64,000 nucleotides of DNA from NCBI RefSeq assembly GCF_009914755.1, contig NC_060934.1; one strand, written 5' to 3'. Origin of the DNA: the human T2T-CHM13v2.0 reference genome, Homo sapiens. Of the stretch, positions 1 through 12,899 are shown piece by piece (the first letter of the stretch is position 1; every line of letters starts with the position of its first letter). A model generated the notes under the pieces. It saw nothing but the letters and a program-made list of their open reading frames with translations, was not told the DNA's origin and did no database searches. A program made the translations under genes and the position numbers.

Positions 1-94
1 TCAACTCACAGAGTTTAACCTTTCTTTTCATAGAGCAGTTTGGAAACACTCTGTTTGTAAAGCCTGCAAGTGCTTTTTTGGACTTCATTGAGGC

Positions 95-111
95 CTTCGT
101 TGGAAACGGGA
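95..111 (+). promoter_or_regulatory. CENP-B box 1 (CTTCGTTGGAAACGGGA); repeated in every HOR
   Basis: Exact match to the 17-bp CENP-B box consensus YTTCGTTGGAARCGGGA. The unit count gives 189 box positions in the window. Confidence 0.97.
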
Positions 112-434
112 TTTCTTCATATAATGCTAGACAGAAGAATTCTCAGTCACTTCTTTGTGTTGTGTGTATTCAAGTCACAGAGTTGAACCTTCCTTTAGAC
201 AGAGCAGTTTTGAAAAATTCTTTCTGTGGAGTTTGCAGGTGGAGATTTCAAGCGATTTGAGGCTAATCTTTGAAATGGAAATATCTTCGTGTAAAAACTA
301 CACAGAATCATTCTCAGAAACTGCTTTGTCATCTGTGCGTTCAGTTCACAGAGTTTCACCTTTCTCTTCATAGAGCAGTTTGGAAAGACTCTGTCTGTAA
401 AGTCTGCAAGTGATTAGTTAGACCCCTTTGAGGC

Positions 435-451
435 CTTCGTTGGAAGCGGGA
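435..451 (+). promoter_or_regulatory. CENP-B box 2 (CTTCGTTGGAAGCGGGA); intact here, mutated in 15 downstream units
   Basis: Matches the consensus with R=G and retains the core TTCG....A..CGGG. Confidence 0.96.
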
Positions 452-773
452 TTTCTCATTTACTGCTAGACAGAAGAATTCTCAGTAAATCCTTTGTGTT
501 GTGTGTATTCAACTCACAGAGTGGAACCTTCCTTTATTCAGAGCAGTTTTGAGAAACACTTTTTGTGGAATTTGCAAGTGGAGATTTCAAGCGATTTGAC
601 GCCAATCTTAGACATGGAAATATCTTCATATTAAAAGTACACAGAGTCATTCGTAGAAACTAGTTTGTGATGTGTGCCTTCAACTCACAGAGTTTAACCT
701 TTCTTTTCATAGAGCAGTTTGGAAACACTCTATTTGTAAAGTCTGCAAGTGGATATTTGGACCTCTTTGAGGC

Positions 774-790
774 CTTCGTTGGAAACGGGA
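774..790 (+). promoter_or_regulatory. CENP-B box 3 (CTTCGTTGGAAACGGGA)
   Basis: Exact consensus match, 339 bp after box 2. Confidence 0.96.
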
Positions 791-942
791 TTTCTTCATA
801 CAACGCTAGACAGAAGAATTCTCAGTAACTTCTTTGTGTTGTGTGTATTCAACTCACAGAGTTGAACCTTTCTTTAGAGAGAGCAGAGTTGAAACACTCT
901 GTTTTTGGAATTTGCAACTGCAGATTTCAAGCGATTCTAGGC

Positions 943-959
943 CTATGGCAGAAAAGGAA
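943..959 (+). other. Degenerate pJalpha/A-box-like motif of the A-type monomer (CTATGGCAGAAAAGGAA)
   Basis: Occupies the CENP-B-box-equivalent position in the alternate monomer and resembles the pJalpha consensus CTAYGGTGRAAAAGGAA, but its core is mismatched. The other A monomers are more diverged. Confidence 0.5.
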
Positions 960-1019
960 ATATCTTCGTATAAAAACTACACAGAATCATTCTCAACAAC
1001 TACTTTGTGATGTGTGCGT

Positions 1020-2376
1020 TCAACTCACAGAGTTTAACCTTTCTTTTCATAGAGCAGTTTGGAAACACTCTGTTTGTAAAGCCTGCAAGTGCTTTTTTGG
1101 ACTTCATTGAGGCCTTCGTTGGAAACGGGATTTCTTCATATAATGCTAGACAGAAGAATTCTCAGTCACTTCTTTGTGTTGTGTGTATTCAAGTCACAGA
1201 GTTGAACCTTCCTTTAGACAGAGCAGTTTTGAAAAATTCTTTCTGTGGAGTTTGCAAGTGGAGATTTCAAGCGATTTGAGGCTAATCTTTGAAATGGAAA
1301 TATCTTCGTGTAAAAACTACACAGAATCATTCTCAGAAACTGCTTTGTCATCTGTGCGTTCAGTTCACAGAGTTTCACCTTTCTCTTCATAGAGCAGTTT
1401 GGAAAGACTCTGTCTGTAAAGTCTGCAAGTGATTAGTTAGACCCCTTTGAGGCCTTCGTTGGAAGCGGGATTTCTCATTTACTGCTAGACAGAAGAATTC
1501 TCAGTAAATCCTTTGTGTTGTGTGTATTCAACTCACAGAGTGGAACCTTCCTTTATTCAGAGCAGTTTTGAAACACTCTTTTTGTGGAATTTGCAAGTGG
1601 AGATTTCAAGCGATTTGACGCCAATCTTAGACATGGAAATATCTTCATATTAAAAGTACACAGAGTCATTCGTAGAAACTAGTTTGTGATGTGTGCCTTC
1701 AACTCACAGAGTTTAACCTTTCTTTTCATAGAGCAGTTGGGAAACACTCTATTTGTAAAGTCTGCAAGTGGATATTTGGACCTCTTTGAGGCCTTCGTTG
1801 GAAACGGGATTTCTTCATATAACGCTAGACAGAAGAATTCTCAGTAACTTCTTTGTGTTGTGTGTATTCAACTCACAGAGTTGAACCTTTCTTTAGAGGG
1901 AGCAGAGGTGAAACACTCTTTTTGTGGAATTTGCTAGTGTAGATTTCAAACGCTTCGAAGACAGTGATAGAAAAGGATATATCTTCGTATTAAAAGTAGA
2001 CAAAATCATTCTCAGAAAACTCTTTGTGATGTGTGTGTTCAACTCACAGAGTTTAACCTTTCTTTAATCGAGCAGTTTGGAAATACACTCTTTGTAAGTC
2101 TGCAGGTGGATATTTGGCCCTCTTTGAGCCCTTCGTTGGAAACGGGATTTCCTCATATAATGCTAGACAGAAGAATTCTCAGTAACTTCTTTGTGTTGTT
2201 TGTATTCAACACACAGATTTGAACCTTCCTTTAGAGAGAGCAGATTTGAAACACTCTGTTTTTGGAATTTGCAAGTGCAGATTTCAAGCGCTTCTAGGCC
2301 TATGGCAGAAAAGGAAATATCTTCGTATAAAAACTACACAGAATCATTCTCAACAACTACTTTGTGATGTGTGCGT
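1020..2376 (+). repeat. 8-mer HOR, 1357 bp (example; 32 copies)
   Basis: Four CENP-B boxes (1114, 1454, 1793, 2131). Contains the extra 338-bp dimer (~1890-2227; gctagtgtagatttcaaacgcttcgaagac...taatcgagc...ggccctctttgagccc) absent from 6-mers. 20x1019 + 32x1357 - 1 = 63803 accounts exactly for the window up to the final partial unit. Confidence 0.96.
2131..2147 (+). promoter_or_regulatory. CENP-B box 4, present only in 8-mers
   Basis: Exact consensus in the context gagcCTTCGTTGGAAACGGGAtttcctc, inside the 8-mer-specific dimer. Confidence 0.96.
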
Positions 2377-3395
2377 TCAACTCACAGAGTTTAACCTTTC
2401 TTTTCATAGAGCAGTTTGGAAACACTCTGTTTGTAAAGCCTGCAAGTGCTTTTTTGGACTTCATTGAGGCCTTCGTTGGAAACGGGATTTCTTCATATAA
2501 TGCTAGACAGAAGAATTCTCAGTCACTTCTTTGTGTTGTGTGTATTCAAGTCACAGAGTTGAACCTTCCTTTAGACAGAGCAGTTTTGAAAAATTCTTTC
2601 TGTGGAGTTTGCAAGTGGAGATTTCAAGCGATTTGAGGCTAATCTTTGAAATGGAAATATCTTCGTGTAAAAACTACACAGAATCATTCTCAGAAACTGC
2701 TTTGTCATCTGTGCGTTCAGTTCACAGAGTTTCACCTTTCTCTTCATAGAGCAGTTTGGAAAGACTCTGTCTGTAAAGTCTGCAAGTGATTAGTTAGACC
2801 CCTTTGAGGCCTTCGTTGGAAGCGGGATTTCTCATTTACTGCTAGACAGAAGAATTCTCAGTAAATCCTTTGTGTTGTGTGTATTCAACTCACAGAGTGG
2901 AACCTTCCTTTATTCAGAGCAGTTTTGAAAAACACTTTTTGTGGAATTTGCAAGTGGAGATTTCAAGCGATTTGACGCCAATCTTAGACATGGAAATATC
3001 TTCATATTAAAAGTACACAGAGTCATTCGTAGAAACTAGTTTGTGATGTGTGCCTTCAACTCACAGAGTTTAACCTTTCTTTTCATAGAGCAGTTTGGAA
3101 ACACTCTATTTGTAAAGTCTGCAAGTGGATATTTGGACCTCTTTGAGGCCTTCGTTGGAAACGGGATTTCTTCATACAACGCTAGACAGAAGAATTCTCA
3201 GTAACTTCTTTGTGCTGTGTGTATTCAACTCACAGAGTTGAACCTTTCTTTAGAGAGAGCAGAGTTGAAACACTCTGTTTTTGGAATTTGCAACTGCAGA
3301 TTTCAAGCGATTCTAGGCCTATGGCAGAAAAGGAAATATCTTCGTATAAAAACTACACAGAATCATTCTCAACAACTACTTTGTGATGTGTGCGT

Positions 3396-6300
3396 TCAAC
3401 TCACAGAGTTTAACCTTTCTTTTCATAGAGCAGTTTGGAAACACTCTGTTTGTAAAGCCTGCAAGTGCTTTTTTGGACTTCATTGAGGCCTTCGTTGGAA
3501 ACGGGATTTCTTCATATAATGCTAGACAGAAGAATTCTCAGTCACTTCTTTGTGTTGTGTGTATTCAAGTCACAGAGTTGAACCTTCCTTTAGACAGAGC
3601 AGTTTTGAAAAATTCTTTCTGTGGAGTTTGCAGGTGGAGATTTCAAGCGATTTGAGGCTAATCTTTGAAATGGAAATATCTTCGTGTAAAAACTACACAG
3701 AATCATTCTCAGAAACTGCTTTGTCATCTGTGCGTTCAGTTCACAGAGTTTCACCTTTCTCTTCATAGAGCAGTTTGGAAAGACTCTGTCTGTAAAGTCT
3801 GCAAGTGATTAGTTAGACCCCTTTGAGGCCTTCGTTGGAAGCGGGATTTCTCATTTACTGCTAGACAGAAGAATTCTCAGTAAATCCTTTGTGTTGTGTG
3901 TATTCAACTCACAGAGTGGAACCTTCCTTTATTCAGAGCAGTTTTGAGAAACACTTTTTGTGGAATTTGCAAGTGGAGATTTCAAGCGATTTGACGCCAA
4001 TCTTAGACATGGAAATATCTTCATATTAAAAGTACACAGAGTCATTCGTAGAAACTAGTTTGTGATGTGTGCCTTCAACTCACAGAGTTTAACCTTTCTT
4101 TTCATAGAGCAGTTTGGAAACACTCTATTTGTAAAGTCTGCAAGTGGATATTTGGACCTCTTTGAGGCCTTCGTTGGAAACGGGATTTCTTCATACAACG
4201 CTAGACAGAAGAATTCTCAGTAACTTCTTTGTGTTGTGTGTATTCAACTCACAGAGTTGAACCTTTCTTTAGAGAGAGCAGAGTTGAAACACTCTGTTTT
4301 TGGAATTTGCAACTGCAGATTTCAAGCGATTCTAGGCCTATGGCAGAAAAGGAAATATCTTCGTATAAAAACTACACAGAATCATTCTCAACAACTACTT
4401 TGTGATGTGTGCGTTCAACTCACAGAGTTTAACCTTTCTTTTCATAGAGCAGTTTGGAAACACTCTGTTTGTAAAGCCTGCAAGTGCTTTTTTGGACTTC
4501 ATTGAGGCCTTCGTTGGAAACGGGATTTCTTCATATAATGCTAGACAGAAGAATTCTCAGTCACTTCTTTGTGTTGTGTGTATTCAAGTCACAGAGTTGA
4601 ACCTTCCTTTAGACAGAGCAGTTTTGAAAAATTCTTTCTGTGGAGTTTGCAAGTGGAGATTTCAAGCGATTTGAGGCTAATCTTTGAAATGGAAATATCT
4701 TCGTGTAAAAACTACACAGAATCATTCTCAGAAACTGCTTTGTCATCTGTGCGTTCAGTTCACAGAGTTTCACCTTTCTCTTCATAGAGCAGTTTGGAAA
4801 GACTCTGTCTGTAAAGTCTGCAAGTGATTAGTTAGACCCCTTTGAGGCCTTCGTTGGAAGCGGGATTTCTCATTTACTGCTAGACAGAAGAATTCTCAGT
4901 AAATCCTTTGTGTTGTGTGTATTCAACTCACAGAGTGGAACCTTCCTTTATTCAGAGCAGTTTTGAAACACTCTTTTTGTGGAATTTGCAAGTGGAGATT
5001 TCAAGCGATTTGACGCCAATCTTAGACATGGAAATATCTTCATATTAAAAGTACACAGAGTCATTCGTAGAAACTAGTTTGTGATGTGTGCCTTCAACTC
5101 ACAGAGTTTAACCTTTCTTTTCATAGAGCAGTTGGGAAACACTCTATTTGTAAAGTCTGCAAGTGGATATTTGGACCTCTTTGAGGCCTTCGTTGGAAAC
5201 GGGATTTCTTCATATAACGCTAGACAGAAGAATTCTCAGTAACTTCTTTGTGTTGTGTGTATTCAACTCACAGAGTTGAACCTTTCTTTAGAGGGAGCAG
5301 AGGTGAAACACTCTTTTTGTGGAATTTGCTAGTGTAGATTTCAAACGCTTCGAAGACAGTGATAGAAAAGGATATATCTTCGTATTAAAAGTAGACAAAA
5401 TCATTCTCAGAAAACTCTTTGTGATGTGTGTGTTCAACTCACAGAGTTTAACCTTTCTTTAATCGAGCAGTTTGGAAATACACTCTTTGTAAGTCTGCAG
5501 GTGGATATTTGGCCCTCTTTGAGCCCTTCGTTGGAAACGGGATTTCCTCATATAATGCTAGACAGAAGAATTCTCAGTAACTTCTTTGTGTTGTTTGTAT
5601 TCAACACACAGATTTGAACCTTCCTTTAGAGAGAGCAGATTTGAAACACTCTGTTTTTGGAATTTGCAAGTGCAGATTTCAAGCGCTTCTAGGCCTATGG
5701 CAGAAAAGGAAATATCTTCGTATAAAAACTACACAGAATCATTCTCAACAACTACTTTGTGATGTGTGCGTTCAACTCACAGAGTTTAACCTTTCTTTTC
5801 ATAGAGCAGTTTGGAAACACTCTGTTTGTAAAGCCTGCAAGTGCTTTTTTGGACTTCATTGAGGCCTTCGTTGGAAACGGGATTTCTTCATATAATGCTA
5901 GACAGAAGAATTCTCAGTCACTTCTTTGTGTTGTGTGTATTCAAGTCACAGAGTTGAACCTTCCTTTAGACAGAGCAGTTTTGAAAAATTCTTTCTGTGG
6001 AGTTTGCAAGTGGAGATTTCAAGCGATTTGAGGCTAATCTTTGAAATGGAAATATCTTCGTGTAAAAACTACACAGAATCATTCTCAGAAACTGCTTTGT
6101 CATCTGTGCGTTCAGTTCACAGAGTTTCACCTTTCTCTTCATAGAGCAGTTTGGAAAGACTCTGTCTGTAAAGTCTGCAAGTGATTAGTTAGACCCCTTT
6201 GAGGCCTTCGTTGGAAGCGGGATTTCTCATTTACTGCTAGACAGAAGAATTCTCAGTAAATCCTTTGTGTTGTGTGTATTCAACTCACAGAGTGGAACCT

Positions 6301-9300
6301 TCCTTTATTCAGAGCAGTTTTGAAAAACACTTTTTGTGGAATTTGCAAGTGGAGATTTCAAGCGATTTGACGCCAATCTTAGACATGGAAATATCTTCAT
6401 ATTAAAAGTACACAGAGTCATTCGTAGAAACTAGTTTGTGATGTGTGCCTTCAACTCACAGAGTTTAACCTTTCTTTTCATAGAGCAGTTGGGAAACACT
6501 CTATTTGTAAAGTCTGCAAGTGGATATTTGGACCTCTTTGAGGCCTTCGTTGGAAACGGGATTTCTTCATATAACGCTAGACAGAAGAATTCTCAGTAAC
6601 TTCTTTGTGTTGTGTGTATTCAACTCACAGAGTTGAACCTTTCTTTAGAGAGAGCAGAGTTGAAACACTCTGTTTTTGGAATTTGCAAGTGCAGATTTCA
6701 AGCGCTTCTAGGCCTATGGCAGAAAAGGAAATATCTTCGTATAAAAACTACACAGAATCATTCTCAACAACTACTTTGTGATGTGTGCGTTCAACTCACA
6801 GAGTTTAACCTTTCTTTTCATAGAGCAGTTTGGAAACACTCTGTTTGTAAAGCCTGCAAGTGCTTTTTTGGACTTCATTGAGGCCTTCGTTGGAAACGGG
6901 ATTTCTTCATATAATGCTAGACAGAAGAATTCTCAGTCACTTCTTTGTGTTGTGTGTATTCAAGTCACAGAGTTGAACCTTCCTTTAGACAGAGCAGTTT
7001 TGAAAAATTCTTTCTGTGTAATTTGCAAGTGGAGATTTCAAGCGATTTGAGGCTAATCTTTGAAATGGAAATATCTTCGTGTAAAAACTACACAGAATCA
7101 TTCTCAGAAACTGCTTTGTCATCTGTGCGTTCAGTTCACAGAGTTTCACCTTTCTCTTCATAGAGCAGTTTGGAAAGACTCTGTCTGTAAAGTCTGCAAG
7201 TGATTAGTTAGACCCCTTTGAGGCCTTCGTTGGAAGCGGGATTTCTCATTTACTGCTAGACAGAAGAATTCTCAGTAAATCCTTTGTGTTGTGTGTATTC
7301 AACTCACAGAGTGGAACCTTCCTTTATTCAGAGCAGTTTTGAAACACTCTTTTTGTGGAATTTGCAAGTGGAGATTTCAAGCGATTTGACGCCAATCTTA
7401 GACATGGAAATATCTTCATATTAAAAGTACACAGAGTCATTCGTAGAAACTAGTTTGTGATGTGTGCCTTCAACTCACAGAGTTTAACCTTTCTTTTCAT
7501 AGAGCAGTTGGGAAACACTCTATTTGTAAAGTCTGCAAGTGGATATTTGGACCTCTTTGAGGCCTTCGTTGGAAACGGGATTTCTTCATATAACGCTAGA
7601 CAGAAGAATTCTCAGTAACTTCTTTGTGTTGTGTGTATTCAACTCACAGAGTTGAACCTTTCTTTAGAGGGAGCAGAGGTGAAACACTCTTTTTGTGGAA
7701 TTTGCTAGTGTAGATTTCAAACGCTTCGAAGACAGTGATAGAAAAGGATATATCTTCGTATTAAAAGTAGACAAAATCATTCTCAGAAAACTCTTTGTGA
7801 TGTGTGTGTTCAACTCACAGAGTTTAACCTTTCTTTAATCGAGCAGTTTGGAAATACACTCTTTGTAAGTCTGCAGGTGGATATTTGGCCCTCTTTGAGC
7901 CCTTCGTTGGAAACGGGATTTCCTCATATAATGCTAGACAGAAGAATTCTCAGTAACTTCTTTGTGTTGTTTGTATTCAACACACAGATTTGAACCTTCC
8001 TTTAGAGAGAGCAGATTTGAAACACTCTGTTTTTGGAATTTGCAAGTGCAGATTTCAAGCGCTTCTAGGCCTATGGCAGAAAAGGAAATATCTTCGTATA
8101 AAAACTACACAGAATCATTCTCAACAACTACTTTGTGATGTGTGCGTTCAACTCACAGAGTTTAACCTTTCTTTTCATAGAGCAGTTTGGAAACACTCTG
8201 TTTGTAAAGCCTGCAAGTGCTTTTTTGGACTTCATTGAGGCCTTCGTTGGAAACGGGATTTCTTCATATAATGCTAGACAGAAGAATTCTCAGTCACTTC
8301 TTTGTGTTGTGTGTATTCAAGTCACAGAGTTGAACCTTCCTTTAGACAGAGCAGTTTTGAAAAATTCTTTCTGTGGAGTTTGCAAGTGGAGATTTCAAGC
8401 GATTTGAGGCTAATCTTTGAAATGGAAATATCTTCGTGTAAAAACTACACAGAATCATTCTCAGAAACTGCTTTGTCATCTGTGCGTTCAGTTCACAGAG
8501 TTTCACCTTTCTCTTCATAGAGCAGTTTGGAAAGACTCTGTCTGTAAAGTCTGCAAGTGATTAGTTAGACCCCTTTGAGGCCTTCGTTGGAAGCGGGATT
8601 TCTCATTTACTGCTAGACAGAAGAATTCTCAGTAAATCCTTTGTGTTGTGTGTATTCAACTCACAGAGTGGAACCTTCCTTTATTCAGAGCAGTTTTGAA
8701 AAACACTTTTTGTGGAATTTGCAAGTGGAGATTTCAAGCGATTTGACGCCAATCTTAGACATGGAAATATCTTCATATTAAAAGTACACAGAGTCATTCG
8801 TAGAAACTAGTTTGTGATGTGTGCCTTCAACTCACAGAGTTTAACCTTTCTTTTCATAGAGCAGTTTGGAAACACTCTATTTGTAAAGTCTGCAAGTGGA
8901 TATTTGGACCTCTTTGAGGCCTTCGTTGGAAACGGGATTTCTTCATACAACGCTAGACAGAAGAATTCTCAGTAACTTCTTTGTGTTGTGTGTATTCAAC
9001 TCACAGAGTTGAACCTTTCTTTAGAGAGAGCAGAGTTGAAACACTCTGTTTTTGGAATTTGCAACTGCAGATTTCAAGCGATTCTAGGCCTATGGCAGAA
9101 AAGGAAATATCTTCGTATAAAAACTACACAGAATCATTCTCAACAACTACTTTGTGATGTGTGCGTTCAACTCACAGAGTTTAACCTTTCTTTTCATAGA
9201 GCAGTTTGGAAACACTCTGTTTGTAAAGCCTGCAAGTGCTTTTTTGGACTTCATTGAGGCCTTCGTTGGAAACGGGATTTCTTCATATAATGCTAGACAG

Positions 9301-12300
9301 AAGAATTCTCAGTCACTTCTTTGTGTTGTGTGTATTCAAGTCACAGAGTTGAACCTTCCTTTAGACAGAGCAGTTTTGAAAAATTCTTTCTGTGTAATTT
9401 GCAAGTGGAGATTTCAAGCGATTTGAGGCTAATCTTTGAAATGGAAATATCTTCGTGTAAAAACTACACAGAATCATTCTCAGAAACTGCTTTGTCATCT
9501 GTGCGTTCAGTTCACAGAGTTTCACCTTTCTCTTCATAGAGCAGTTTGGAAAGACTCTGTCTGTAAAGTCTGCAAGTGATTAGTTAGACCCCTTTGAGGC
9601 CTTCGTTGGAAGCGGGATTTCTCATTTACTGCTAGACAGAAGAATTCTCAGTAAATCCTTTGTGTTGTGTGTATTCAACTCACAGAGTGGAACCTTCCTT
9701 TATTCAGAGCAGTTTTGAAACACTCTTTTTGTGGAATTTGCAAGTGGAGATTTCAAGCGATTTGACGCCAATCTTAGACATGGAAATATCTTCATATTAA
9801 AAGTACACAGAGTCATTCGTAGAAACTAGTTTGTGATGTGTGCCTTCAACTCACAGAGTTTAACCTTTCTTTTCATAGAGCAGTTGGGAAACACTCTATT
9901 TGTAAAGTCTGCAAGTGGATATTTGGACCTCTTTGAGGCCTTCGTTGGAAACGGGATTTCTTCATATAACGCTAGACAGAAGAATTCTCAGTAACTTCTT
10001 TGTGTTGAGTGTATTCAACTCACAGAGTTGAACCTTTCTTTAGAGGGAGCAGAGGTGAAACACTCTTTTTGTGGAATTTGCTAGTGTAGATTTCAAACGC
10101 TTCGAAGACAGTGATAGAAAAGGATATATCTTCGTATTAAAAGTAGACAAAATCATTCTCAGAAAACTCTTTGTGATGTGTGTGTTCAACTCACAGAGTT
10201 TAACCTTTCTTTAATCGAGCAGTTTGGAAATACACTCTTTGTAAGTCTGCAGGTGGATATTTGGCCCTCTTTGAGCCCTTCGTTGGAAACGGGATTTCCT
10301 CATATAATGCTAGACAGAAGAATTCTCAGTAACTTCTTTGTGTTGTTTGTATTCAACACACAGATTTGAACCTTCCTTTAGAGAGAGCAGATTTGAAACA
10401 CTCTGTTTTTGGAATTTGCAAGTGCAGATTTCAAGCGCTTCTAGGCCTATGGCAGAAAAGGAAATATCTTCGTATAAAAACTACACAGAATCATTCTCAA
10501 CAACTACTTTGTGATGTGTGCGTTCAACTCACAGAGTTTAACCTTTCTTTTCATAGAGCAGTTTGGAAACACTCTGTTTGTAAAGCCTGCAAGTGCTTTT
10601 TTGGACTTCATTGAGGCCTTCGTTGGAAACGGGATTTCTTCATATAATGCTAGACAGAAGAATTCTCAGTCACTTCTTTGTGTTGTGTGTATTCAAGTCA
10701 CAGAGTTGAACCTTCCTTTAGACAGAGCAGTTTTGAAAAATTCTTTCTGTGGAGTTTGCAAGTGGAGATTTCAAGCGATTTGAGGCTAATCTTTGAAATG
10801 GAAATATCTTCGTGTAAAAACTACACAGAATCATTCTCAGAAACTGCTTTGTCATCTGTGCGTTCAGTTCACAGAGTTTCACCTTTCTCTTCATAGAGCA
10901 GTTTGGAAAGACTCTGTCTGTAAAGTCTGCAAGTGATTAGTTAGACCCCTTTGAGGCCTTCGTTGGAAGCGGGATTTCTCATTTACTGCTAGACAGAAGA
11001 ATTCTCAGTAAATCCTTTGTGTTGTGTGTATTCAACTCACAGAGTGGAACCTTCCTTTATTCAGAGCAGTTTTGAAAAACACTTTTTGTGGAATTTGCAA
11101 GTGGAGATTTCAAGCGATTTGACGCCAATCTTAGACATGGAAATATCTTCATATTAAAAGTACACAGAGTCATTCGTAGAAACTAGTTTGTGATGTGTGC
11201 CTTCAACTCACAGAGTTTAACCTTTCTTTTCATAGAGCAGTTTGGAAACACTCTATTTGTAAAGTCTGCAAGTGGATATTTGGACCTCTTTGAGGCCTTC
11301 GTTGGAAACGGGATTTCTTCATACAACGCTAGACAGAAGAATTCTCAGTAACTTCTTTGTGTTGTGTGTATTCAACTCACAGAGTTGAACCTTTCTTTAG
11401 AGAGAGCAGAGTTGAAACACTCTGTTTTTGGAATTTGCAACTGCAGATTTCAAGCGATTCTAGGCCTATGGCAGAAAAGGAAATATCTTCGTATAAAAAC
11501 TACACAGAATCATTCTCAACAACTACTTTGTGATGTGTGCGTTCAACTCACAGAGTTTAACCTTTCTTTTCATAGAGCAGTTTGGAAACACTCTGTTTGT
11601 AAAGCCTGCAAGTGCCTTTTTGGACTTCATTGAGGCCTTCGTTGGAAACGGGATTTCTTCATATAATGCTAGACAGAAGAATTCTCAGTCACTTCTTTGT
11701 GTTGTGTGTATTCAAGTCACAGAGTTGAACCTTCCTTTAGACAGAGCAGTTTTGAAAAATTCTTTCTGTGTAATTTGCAAGTGGAGATTTCAAGCGATTT
11801 GAGGCTAATCTTTGAAATGGAAATATCTTCGTGTAAAAACTACACAGAATCATTCTCAGAAACTGCTTTGTCATCTGTGCGTTCAGTTCACAGAGTTTCA
11901 CCTTTCTCTTCATAGAGCAGTTTGGAAAGACTCTGTCTGTAAAGTCCGCAAGTGATTAGTTAGACCCCTTTGAGGCCTTCGTTGGAAGCGGGATTTCTCA
12001 TTTACTGCTAGACAGAAGAATTCTCAGTAAATCCTTTGTGTTGTGTGTATTCAACTCACAGAGTGGAACCTTCCTTTATTCAGAGCAGTTTTGAAACACT
12101 CTTTTTGTGGAATTTGCAAGTGGAGATTTCAAGCGATTTGACGCCAATCTTAGACATGGAAATATCTTCATATTAAAAGTACACAGAGTCATTCGTAGAA
12201 ACTAGTTTGTGATGTGTGCCTTCAACTCACAGAGTTTAACCTTTCTTTTCATAGAGCAGTTTGGAAACACTCTATTTGTAAAGTCTGCAAGTGGATATTT

Positions 12301-12899
12301 GGACCTCTTTGAGGCCTTCGTTGGAAACGGGATTTCTTCATATAACGCTAGACAGAAGAATTCTCAGTAACTTCTTTGTGTTGTGTGTATTCAACTCACA
12401 GAGTTGAACCTTTCTTTAGAGGGAGCAGAGGTGAAACACTCTTTTTGTGGAATTTGCTAGTGTAGATTTCAAACGCTTCGAAGACAGTGATAGAAAAGGA
12501 TATATCTTCGTATTAAAAGTAGACAAAATCATTCTCAGAAAACTCTTTGTGATGTGTGTGTTCAACTCACAGAGTTTAACCTTTCTTTAATCGAGCAGTT
12601 TGGAAATACACTCTTTGTAAGTCTGCAGGTGGATATTTGGCCCTCTTTGAGCCCTTCGTTGGAAACGGGATTTCCTCATATAATGCTAGACAGAAGAATT
12701 CTCAGTAACTTCTTTGTGTTGTTTGTATTCAACACACAGATTTGAACCTTCCTTTAGGGAGAGCAGATTTGAAACACTCTGTTTTTGGAATTTGCAAGTG
12801 CAGATTTCAAGCGCTTCTAGGCCTATGGCAGAAAAGGAAATATCTTCGTATAAAAACTACACAGAATCATTCTCAACAACTACTTTGTGATGTGTGCGT
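3396..12899 (+). repeat. (6-8)x4 block, 2376-bp (14-monomer) period, heterogeneous copies
   Basis: 6-mer-specific ORF starts at 4236, 6612, 8988 and 11364 are 2376 apart. The copies differ by several SNVs. Confidence 0.9.

Larger units (their letters stand above)
1..1019 (+). repeat. 6-mer HOR variant, 1019 bp (example; 20 copies)
   Basis: Sequence at 1 recurs at 1020; three CENP-B boxes (95, 435, 774). Copies start at 1, 2377, 3396, 5772, 8148, 10524, 14257, 22061, 25794, 29527, 33260, 36993, 40726, 44459, 48192, 51924, 54300, 56676, 59052, 62785 (from ORF-track spacing). Confidence 0.96.

Noticed and set aside
136-2302. Short palindromes (AGAATTCT 136-143, AAACTAGTTT 657-666, CTTCGAAG 1953-1960, AAGCGCTT 2286-2293, TAGGCCTA 2295-2302) as cruciform or terminator signals
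   Set aside because: They are only 8-10 bp and are ordinary alphoid features. No enrichment can be shown without a shuffled-sequence test.
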